From positions 9,550,312 through 9,614,311 of the forward strand of contig JBNZDD010013729.1 of the NCBI GenBank assembly GCA_050575255.1: DNA of 64,000 nt, written 5' to 3'. The DNA comes from Harriotta raleighana (taxonomy: Eukaryota). The notes below the pieces were generated by a model that was not told the DNA's origin, did no database searches, and was given only the letters and a program-made list of their open reading frames with translations. Position numbers and translations under genes: made by a program. Shown piece after piece: positions 53,845 through 64,000 of the stretch; positions within the stretch are counted from its first letter, which is position 1; every line of letters begins with the position of its first letter.

Positions 53845-54335
53845 AATAATAAAATTGGTCATTTCAACCCACGACTGTTTGTGGGGGCAATGCTGGGCAC
53901 AACTGGCTGCCGCATTTCACCCACAAATATACAGTCAATTCACTTTACAGTATATTCTGTGAAGCGCTTTGAGACGTCTAGACCAGTGGTTCTCAACCAG
54001 GGGTATATGTACCTCAGAGGGTACAAAATTACTTCCAGGGGGTACAGGTGGTAGTACATTGATTTATTTAGCTTTTATTTAGCGTTTTATAACCTTCCAA
54101 ATTGTATATTTAATTGTTATTCCCCTCGTTTTGTATGTGCTAGTTATTTTGCTATATAAGAAAAGCTTGGTCATAAAATGCAAGTGGAATGAGGAGGGTT
54201 GGTGTGTGTGTACATGTAGTTGGGTGGGAGTACACGGTAATGTTGAAAATGAACAAGGGGTACATTACCGAAAAAGGTTGAGAACCACTGGTCTAGAAGA
54301 CATGGAAAGAGCTGTATCAAATGCAAAGATTATTA
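53845..54335 (+). mobile_element. Partial SINE (core and tail) interrupted by a hAT MITE
   Basis: Tail gagacgtctaga|MITE|gtctagaagacatggaaagagctgtatcaaatgcaaagatt. Confidence 0.85.
53984..54290. mobile_element. Second copy of the hAT MITE, 307 bp
   Basis: Perfect 15-bp TIR cagtggttctcaacc / ggttgagaaccactg. TSD GTCTAGAC / GTCTAGAA (one mismatch). Highly similar to 32401-32708. Confidence 0.9.
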
Positions 54336-54974
54336 AAATGGCAAACGGCTGTGCTGTGGCTACTAACAGCCCAAACTGTAAAGTTTTGAATGTAATTGAT
54401 TGGCCCGACAGCCTATGTTTTAAATTGTTCCAACTTTAGAAAACTCCCAGCTTAACAAATAATAATAATAGTAATAATCCTTGCATTTGATATAGCGCTT
54501 TTCATATTTTATCGACTGTAAAGTGAATTGACTGTGGCAACTGATAGGCTTCACATGACGGGCGACAGAGGTGGAGGGACATTCTGTCATCAGGGAGCAC
54601 AAACCCACGATAGCAACAACAACAGCACTGATATAGCACATGCCACATGTACAGCTGTCAACAACTGCTGAAAGAGCGTAAACCACCTGTGACCTGTATC
54701 TAGGGAATAATTTATAGCACAATAGAGCTAACAACAGGGCAACAGACTCAAATTAGCTCCCAAGGGAAACAAAACAGTAATGTGACCACAGGAAAGGGCT
54801 CAATGGAGAAACTTTCTGGATGGGATTTCACAAGATCACAAGACTGGCTTGGATTGAGAAGGTCCTTCTGCCCATTTAATATTCATGACCCCAAATCCCT
54901 CCCATCGCCCTGCAAGTTTCTGTTTGTTAGATAAATCATAGATGTTGGCTTGAGCCACTCTCCCTGGTAACCTG

Positions 54975-55262
54975 TGAGGCCTGTAGCCCTGCCTTACAAG
55001 CGTGTTTAAATCCAGGCAGCACAGGGCGAAACCTTGGGCATGTTTCCTTACTCCACATGCCTAATAATAATCCCTCCAAAAAAAACCACAATAATAAAAT
55101 TGGTCATTGGTCATTTCAATCCACGACTGCTGTGCGCAACTGGTTGCCCTATTTTGCCCACAAATATACAGTCAATTCACTTTACAGTATATTCTGTGAA
55201 GTGCTTTGAGATGTCTAGAAGACATGAAAAACGCTATATCAAATGCAAGAATTATTATTATC
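54975..55262 (+). mobile_element. SINE with degenerate head
   Basis: Core and tail match the family. Confidence 0.82.
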
Positions 55263-56766
55263 CAAAGAGACTTTATTTAAAGATTTCCTAAAATTCAGGT
55301 AAATATTTTATGTTCTATCCTGATAGAGAGGTAAGCCAGGGTGTAGGCGGTGGTGAGTTACCTGGGATCAGAATTTGTGGCATTAAAGATGTTCTCAGCT
55401 CCTGTTATCCTCTCACTAATGTATGGCCCAAAGGGAGCATTTGAATTTTTTTTTATTGTGCACCACATATGGTTGTTTTGCAAATAAAATAGCTGCAGTG
55501 GATCCACTAATTCCAAGTGTTCTGCAGATGGCATTGTTGTACTGCAGCTCGAGTGTTTCTCCTGCATTCGATTCTGTCAGTGTCTGTCATCATAGTTCCT
55601 GCATCTCACTACTTTCTCACGGACAGAGAAAATCTTGACTTGAACCCTCACCAGTGACAGTGTTTAATATTCCCACTGGCGGCTTTAGCAGCATTGTATA
55701 CTGTGCTCCAGCTCGCTCCGACCTTGCATTAGAACATTTCTATAGTCAATATCCATTCAATTTTCAGTGTATCCTGTAATAACCTTTGAGACATCTCCGA
55801 AGTGTGATGGGGTGCTACATCCAATGCAAAGATTATTATTATTATTGTGTTTCAGCGTCCTCCTGACGTGAAAGGAGCTATACAAATGCATTTTTGTTGT
55901 TGTTGATGTTTCAATAGGTGGATGGAAAAGGAGATACCAGCCAAAGAAAAACGTGACAATAAAAATACAGAAAATACTGTTTACCCGCTCCCCCATTCCC
56001 GTTCCTCTACAATCAGAATTAAACCTGATTTTAGTATTTTTCTGTTGTATTCAATCCAGTCTGTTGTGTTTCTTGTTTGTGATGCACGCTTTGGCACCGC
56101 CACCAAGAACAAGCGTATTTTTGTTTACTTATACTGTATAAAGATTTCGAGATGTCCCAAAGCACTTTAGCAGAAAAATGTTCTCGTCTAAATTTTAATT
56201 TGCAAATGTGATCTCATCATGGCATTGGCCGTGAGAAAACACAATAACCCAAAGGGCTCACTTCCTCATTATCTCAAACATTTACTGTCTTCCCTTCTGG
56301 ACTGCATTGTGAAGCCTTAATCACAATTCCTGGTGGTGTTGAACTGCTCTGATCGCAGAGAATGTTTCTTCATTCAAGCTCATTATGTTGCCGAGATGAG
56401 AGCAACAATATCTTGTTGATTAGATAATGGAACGATTGTTCCAAACAATGTGGAGAAATGACACAGAGAGGACGAGGAGAGAAAAAACACACAAAAGTCG
56501 AAAATGCAAACAAATCTGAGAAAGTAATTAAAGTGGTCTCAGAAGCTCCTAATGCCTCATTTACACAAGATCACAGGAGAGATACTGTGACAAAGGTTGG
56601 ATGCTAATATGGGAAAAATTAGGCTAGTTATTGGGAAGAAATCAAACCGTCAAAAAGGTCTTCTTCATGCGTCCCTCTCCCTTGTGTGAAACAATCATCG
56701 CTAACTGCAGACAATAGCCAATTATAAGTATGTGGAATGAGAAGATAAATACCGTGGATTACTTAC

Positions 56767-56895
56767 GCCTCCAAGGATATATTGAAGTAGATGACTGTAT
56801 AGGCAGGTGGGATATGGCTACTGGTGTTCACACTTCCATCAAGTAAAACTTTCCGTGTGGATGTCTGAGGAACAATGTTCAATACAGCCCAACAC
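56767..56895 (-). CDS. Permease-like gene exon (most 5' found in window): (W)CWAVLNIVPQTSTRKVLLDGSVNTSSHIPPAYTVIYFNISLE(A)
   Basis: (TC)n tract and acceptor aag, donor gtaagt. 129 nt. End of a TM helix (WCWAVL.IVPQ) followed by a loop with sequons NTS and NIS. Confidence 0.85.
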
Positions 56896-59669
56896 CTTCA
56901 CGTGGAGAGGGAGAGAGAGAGAGAGAGAGAAAGATGGATTATGAACAACAACAGCAACAGCAGAATTATATTTGTAGAGTGCCTTTTATGTTGGGAGGAC
57001 GTTAAAATTCTCGTCAGGTTAAAATTATTTTGGAAAAATTAAAGGCAGAAATCTGTTTATCTTTCTTATTAATGGAAGAATGTGCAGAAATCCCACATCT
57101 AGGTGTTAGTTTTTAAAATAAACTATATATATATATAATATATATATAGATTTATTATTAATGAGTTGGTTGCATAAATAACTCATCCAAAGCTCCCTGG
57201 GGTGATAAACACATCCCTGACTGTAACCTGAGTAAAACAACTAACTAGGAAAGAGCCTTACCCTCATGCTTAATGCTCAAGCTCAGTGAATTGTGTCCCA
57301 TCACATCACAGCCATTGAACAATCCCTAAATGATAGATATGATGATAAAGTTCACTAACTACAGACTTTTTGTGTCCTTGAGAACCAGCAATCGATGAAC
57401 ATTATCATTAACTGTGCCAGATCATAATGTGAAGGAGCTTCATACAACGATACATGTACAAAGCACAGCCCCACGAAACAGCTGTACATTTTATTTCAAT
57501 ATTAAACTTTCCCGTGGCTGTATTTTATCTGCTATCCTATTGATTTGTATCAGGAAATCACAATTTGAGTAGTTCTGGCTCTGTGTTTGATGGACCTTGG
57601 TCAATATTAATCAAATTAAATACTTTAAACCAAGGTCAAATCCCTGATTCCTCACTACTGTCTTTTAATGGCGTATTTAATTAGGGTCAGGGTACTAAAC
57701 TGTATCACTACAGAGACAAGAATAATTAAATAGTCATGATATTGGTTGTATGGTTGTCATGCTTCTCCCTTGAGAAACCAGAGATTTGTATTCATTCTTC
57801 TTTTTAAGACTGGCAATTTAATTATATTACAGGATTGAATCAGGGAGGTAATTACAAATCATAATCATAATCACCACCAACAGACGTAACTCTGAAGGTA
57901 ATCTTCACAATCACCGTCCCATTTTACTCCAATCTCAGGGCTGTTGTTCGAAACATTTTCATTGCCCCCCACCCCATCTCCCCTCCTCCAAACACAGCAA
58001 AAAGTAAATATAAGAAATAACATTCAAACCATCCGAGCACTCATCAGAGGCTCAGGGGGCTACATTTGCTATAAAATGGTTGCTCTAATTGCAATTAAAT
58101 TGGCTGTCCTCCCTTTGTCTTAAAAAGCTTAACAACAATTGCTTATTGATGCATAGCCTCCCGTTTATTGGAACATAGTCTATATGAAGATGTGATCTGC
58201 ATCCCAAGTGTCTTATGGAATAACATTAATAATAATAATACTCGCATTTGATACAGCGCCTCATCACGTCTTCTAGACGTCTCAAAGCACTTCACGGGAT
58301 AAACTGTAAAGTGAATCGACTGTATGTTTGTGGGCGAAAGAATGACTTTTATAGCTCCAAGGACATAGACAAATGTTTCAAATGACTATTTTGCTCCCAC
58401 TGTTGATTGGGATAGTTTGTATGGGTTAGACTCAGCGTAAACACAATCAATTACCCACCTTTCAGGAGATTAGTGACTTGCCATGATCATCCCTGTGACT
58501 TTCCAACATTCTAGATAATTCATTAGGATGACATGATTGGTGATCATGTCATATTTAATGAATATAATATATATATTAATATATATTAGGGGTAATAATC
58601 TCTTCAAAATAAATGAATAATAATAATTTAGTCACTTAATCCTTGACTCTTTGTGGGACACTGCAATTGGCTGCCGTGTTTCGCTCACAAAATATGCAGT
58701 CAATTCACTTTACAGTGCTTTGAGATGTCTAGAAGACGTGATAAGGTGCTATATCAAATGCAAGGATTATTATAATATTCTAATTTTTTTAACTTTTGGA
58801 ATCACTTCTTAAAAAAAGCTGAAGATGTACTGGTAACATTTTGACTTGAAGTACTGAAAACGACAATTAGATTGATGTCCTAGCATAATGGGAACATGCA
58901 TATTGGATGTTAAAATGAGAGTTACTGTTGATGCAGTAAGCACTTGACTGAATTGCCTTTTTTTTCATTCCACAGCACATCTAGGATGGTATTGTAAATT
59001 AAACAGAAAACACTCCCTCTAGATTTTCCTTTCCCCCCTAAATATTGCATTTATATACTTATTGGATTTTAGTGCTGTTTGCTAAATGGATGGTAGGCAT
59101 ATGTTGCTTTATCAAACATTGCACAGAGTTTAACACATAAAGTAATTAAGTAATTAAATCAGAACCTTGCCTAACAGATAAATGTAAATTTGGTTGCCAG
59201 GATTTCTATTCACAACATGTGTCTGTAGATAGTGCAATTCCCCTGCTGACAGAGTGCAGGGCATGCAAAAGCTATTTGGACAGGTGGGCAGGCAGGCAGG
59301 GGTGTAAATCTTATCTTAATCCGATTCACTAGCTATGGAATTCGATGAGGAACATCTGAGGAGAGAAAATGAGAACTGTATAATAAGAGACAGTGCTCTC
59401 TCAAAGCTAAACGTTTTTATTTGGGGAAGATTCAGACCTATCGAAGCACACTCTGGGATCCTCAGGATACCACCAAGCTGCCTACGCTCCTTTGGACCAA
59501 ATAGTTCAATTTGCAAGGTGGAAAAGCAAATGAGAAGGTAATTGAGTACAATTTATACAATGTAGTGCAATAAAAATCTTCTACTTTCTGTTTTCTTTGG
59601 TTGCAACTATAAGAGGAGAATATTGTTTGCACTTGTGTTGGATTCATTTTGAGTTCAAATTCATTCATT

Positions 59670-59985
59670 GTGGAGTCCTGCAGCTCAGTGGATAGAGCAC
59701 TCGTCTTGCAAGCAAGAGACCAGGGTTCTATTTCTAGCAGTTCAGCGCAAAACCTGGGCAAGTTCCCTTTCTCCACACTCCTGATAATAATCCCTCAAAA
59801 AAACAATAAGAAATTGGTCATTTCAATCCATGACTGTTTGTGGGGTCACTGCTGTGTGCAATTACCTGCCCTGTGTCCCCCACATCTATAGAGTCCATCC
59901 ACTTTCCAGTATATTTTGTGAAGCGCACTGATACGTCTAGAAGACGTGATAAAACGCTATATCAAAGGCAAGGATTATTATTAGT
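59670..59985 (+). mobile_element. Full-length SINE
   Basis: Family consensus. Confidence 0.87.
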
Positions 59986-60524
59986 ATTTTAGTCACAGGA
60001 CTCATCTCTCACACTTACACAAAGAAGCCCTTAATTTAATGAACGTAATATAAGGTAAAACATTCCAGTTGAACTCCGATTACAAAGACAACTTGCTCTA
60101 TTTATTTGTCTCTGTCTAAATTTAAAAAAAACTCCACCTAATACGAGAATGGGGGAAAAAACAACACTGGATCTAATTATAATCTGTATTTAACATGAGG
60201 GAACACCTGCCGAGATCTGCATCTTGGGCATTAGCCAAAGCATATCTGCCCGACCGATTTAAATTATTCTGAAGTGAAGCTGGAAAGGATCGAGTTAGAA
60301 GCTGCCGGTAATGTGGTTACAATAGAAAATGCTTTCCAATCTCCACCGAAACATTCCTCGTGGGAAAAAAAACAGACTGTGTGTCTCAGGTGCTGTCTGC
60401 CTGACTAAAATGGCAGCCTTTCGAGTCACAGCTGACGGGAGCGACTGAAAATCTATCGGGCTCTGAAGGTTGAAAAGAAGTGAAGAGACACTGATATCCA
60501 TCAAAAATAATGTTTGCTCTGTGC

Positions 60525-60780
60525 CCAGTGCAGTGCTGTATTTATTGGAGGTGCCAATCCTTTGGATAAGATATTAAACTGGCTTGTTTTTGTGGTGAGA
60601 GGTGAATGCTAAAGGTCCCATGGCCCTCCTCAAAAAGAGAAGGGAGTTTCTCTCTCTCTCTCTCTGAGTGTGTTCTCTCTTTTTCTCCCAGTGACGTTGG
60701 TCAATCAACAATCCCCCAGATAGAATTGGTCACTTGTTTCATTGCTGTTTGTGGAACCTTGCGTGCAAACTGGCTGTTGG
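60525..60780 (+). mobile_element. Old DeuSINE (SacSINE1/AmnSINE1-like) remnant with a long Deu core
   Basis: cagtgctg...ggaggtgcc..cctttggataagat.ttaaac...aaaggtcccatggc...gaagggagtttct...cattgctgtttgtggaaccttgcgtgcaaactggctg; layout matches my recall of the Deu domain. Confidence 0.6.
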
Positions 60781-62839
60781 AATAAGTTTGGGATCTGGGA
60801 TCATACTGCGATCAGCCAGGATTATAGCTGGACTTCTCAACAATTTTTTTGGTTTCAAAAATTAGCTTCAGTTGCAATGATTGTTCTGTGGCAAAATGCT
60901 CCACCCCTGGAAGGAGCGAGTAACTTGGAACGCATCATGAGGTCTAAAATTGATCAGAGTTCTAGGGTTTATGCCTAACAAACAGTGTGAGTTTGCCAGC
61001 ATTTTGCTAGTCAATGACACGTGTAAATCAGTACTGGCCCAATGCGGATTGAGCTGGTGTTTTATGCCTGACTCCACCTGTAGGTACTGGTTTGGTTGGG
61101 GAATCACAGCACCGGGAGAGAAGTGGAGCAGCTGCCAATGAAATTTCAATTTACTGTTCGTGTTATTTAATGCTATTTATAGGAGGGGGTGGGAGGGGCT
61201 GGAGCTGAATTGATGGAATGGTCTGCACTGCAGCTAGTACAACAATAATAATAAGAATCATCCTTGCATTTGATGTAGCGTCTTATCGTGTCTTTGAGAT
61301 GTCTCAAGAGGATATACTGTAAAGTGAATTGACTGTGTGTTCTGTGGATGAAACACGGCAGCCGATTGCGCACGGCAGTGTCCCAATATTTAAACAGAAC
61401 TTCGAAAGCAAATTATTTAGTGTTGTGGTTCTTGGTCCAATAGACTGCCCTTCAGCCTTCCTCACGTTATTAAGCTTTGTTTGCATTTCTGGAAGAGAAG
61501 CGACTTGGCTTCCAGCAACTGAAATGATGTGTTGGTGCAGGAAGATGATGATTTATGCTTTGCCTGTGGCTACATTCTAACACCCGGCTTCAGCGCTCGT
61601 TGCTGTGGTGGGCGAAGGTTAGCTTTTAATATTATTAAAAATTCCAGTGATGTGATTGTTCCCTTATAATAAAATTATAAGACCTTGTGCTGAAAGTTCC
61701 TCCATTGGGAATACAATGGGAAGCACAGCCACTACTGATCGTCCAGCTTTGTATCAGTACGGCAGCAAAGTCAATCAAACTGAACCCTAGTCTACATAGC
61801 ACGTTTCACTGCAACTTAAGAGTGAAACAAGCAGCAGAAATACAGTCTTAAATAACCAGCATTTTATACCATTCATAAACTAGCTGTTGTTCGGATCCTG
61901 ATTAAAGACATTCTCGTTTTTTTTTCCTGTGAGATAGTTTGATCCTTTATCTGATGTTCATTAATCCTCATTAATGGTCCATCTATCAGTATAGTGCTAG
62001 CTCGCTAGCTATTTTCCCCCATGAACTTGCTTGCGGTTGGAAAGGTTTGATATTCTGACAGTCTAGGCACGTCTAGGAGGAGATCCACATCTGATTCCTT
62101 CCTGATCTCTCCACACTTTCCTCTAGCTTTGTTTACTTTATATAATAATAATATTAAATGCAAATCTCACAACTGGAGAATTGGGATTTAGAAACTTTCA
62201 AGTTCGGATTTACAGCCATAGGATCGAAATGTTGTTCCCTGCTCTCCTGTTGTTATTTGTTGTGGATGGGAGAGGGGATGGCAAGGGCTGGAGGCGGGAA
62301 CATGCAGTTTCCGTTTGAGATATATGGTCCAAAGCATCGAAGGGAGACAAATCAATAGCATCAATAGGTGACTGGATCAACCCGAAGGAATCACACTCAC
62401 GTTAATAAAAAACTTGAGATTCTAAATGTCATTAAAGGTTGCGATTTCATAATTTATCTGAAGGTCTTTAGCAGGTTAAGAGGCAATGTTAATAGTCTGT
62501 TCGGAATCTGTTGTATGTAAATTCAAATTAGTTTTTTCATCAATCATGCTTCCACTGCTGGAGATAAAAAAACATCAATTGTTATTATGCCTTCAGATCT
62601 CTGTAATAGGATTAGATCATTTCTTTGACAACACATTGACACCAATCTGGTTTTCGTAAGACACTCATTAGTAATTCATAAGATTTGTCTTGGAAGGTCT
62701 GAAACAAGCAAGCCTTTAATTGATCATTCACCTCATGACTGTTGGTGAGTCCTTGCTGGCTGCTATATTTGCCTACAAATATAGTCACTACATTTTGTAA
62801 TAATTAAGATATTTCAACATCATCACTAGGAAAAACTAC

Positions 62840-62975
62840 GTGGAGTTCTGTAACTCAGTGGTTGGAGCACTCGCCTTTCAAGTGAGAGACCTGAGTTCGA
62901 TTCCCGGCAGGTCAGGGCGAAACCTCGGGCAAGTTTCTTTACTCCACACACCTGATAATAATCCCTTTTGAAAAA
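62840..62975 (+). mobile_element. SINE 5' half (tRNA-derived head)
   Basis: ggagttctgtaactcagtggttggagcactcgcc...gttcgattcc, followed by family linker sequence. Confidence 0.82.
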
Positions 62976-64000
62976 AAACTTGGTGATCTTATCTGTATCT
63001 TGAATGCATTGCAAATGTATTAATATATATAATTGCTTCTGTGTAATATAAACAAGAGCACGAGTGCAATATCCTTATTTAACTGGCCAATTTATACACT
63101 CTGTGCTTTAATGAGATGTGCTACTCTGTACAAAGCCTACAATGTTTGAATTACTCCAAGTGCAATTGATCTTATCACCAAGAAAATATTGCAAAAAAGG
63201 TTTGAAATTCTATTTAAAGAAAACTGTGTCTGAAAAATTGTGGAATCAAATAAATGCCATATTAGAACTAATATAATTGCACTAAACCTCCTGCGACCCA
63301 TTGCTATTTCAATCTCATAATTGCATAATGAAGCGTCTTAGTGATTATATTCGCAGAATGGTAGATGTGTGCCCCACAGTTGTGGAGGGCTCCATTTGGC
63401 CTGCAAATATTATTTGGTCGTTCATATTGTGAATTTATTTTCAATTTTAGGTGTGAATTACCACTGAAACACAAGTTCATGCATCTCCACACAATGTGCA
63501 GTCAACAGCGTCCAGGATAGATGACAATCGAGCTATACCACAAGCCATCGTGCTGATTTTGCACTTTACTGACAGGGATTTTCGGGGGAACTGTTCAGAT
63601 TGATCTATATCCTTGGCCAATCAAGCAGTCATTTGCTTCATCAATATTTGCATCGTGGACTCAGTAATTCCTGAATAATTAATAAAGACATCGGTAAGGA
63701 GCCTGAAGCACCAAGGATGAAAACTGCACAAATTGCGACAGAATGGTGAGAATGCGGGTCATAAGATTTCTGTGTATACTCCCTCTCGATTAGAAGCAGA
63801 TTAAATTCCGTCATTACCCTTTTGTTCTGTTCACTGTTCCTGTCCTCAGCTATACTAAATCTCCCGCAACCCATTGCTATTTCAACCACCACTCTTACAT
63901 CTCTGCACTGAAATGACATTGTTCAGATGAGTTTTAAATTGCAATCAATATGCAGTATTATGCAAAACTACACACCCAAGGTATAGTTGCTGACATAAGA

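Noticed and set aside
9495-61486. Recurrent ORF peptides such as 'IQSIHFTVYSVKRFE' and 'YTVNSLYSIFCEAL'
   Set aside because: Translations of the SINE core and tail in different frames, not a protein family.
63641-63919. 92-aa - strand ORF as a possible upstream permease exon
   Set aside because: I found no phase-2 donor ending in TG and no TM helix that would join WCWAVL. The upstream exon probably lies outside the window.
8654-64000. NAALADL2 3' exons (expected syntenic neighbour)
   Set aside because: The minus-strand exons encode a multi-pass membrane protein, not an M28 peptidase-like domain. No NAALADL2-like sequence was seen.

Overview
Vertebrate genomic DNA, AT-rich and SINE-dense. 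The repeat repertoire (a Deu-domain tRNA-SINE with an L2-type tail, L2/CR1 remnants) suggests a cartilaginous fish, possibly a chimaera such as Callorhinchus; this is inference. Two convergent spliced genes can be read. (1) On the + strand are the last six coding exons of TBL1XR1 (WD40 C-terminus, stop at 3355-3357) and a ~3.4 kb repeat-free 3'UTR. (2) On the - strand is a gene the ORF track does not assemble: seven phase-consistent GT-AG exons over ~48 kb (56895 down to 8654). They encode the C-terminal ~238 aa of a multi-pass membrane protein resembling APC-superfamily amino-acid permeases (Aa_trans / Trp-Tyr permease-like). Its 5' exons appear to lie beyond base 64000. The introns hold many SINE copies, two hAT-type MITEs inserted into the same TCTAGA site of the SINE tail, an L2 fragment nested in a SINE, a palindrome cluster, a perfect ERE beside a candidate alternative first exon, and microsatellites. 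Several duplications next to single Ns look like assembly artefacts. Exon boundaries were counted by hand; most repeat boundaries are approximate.
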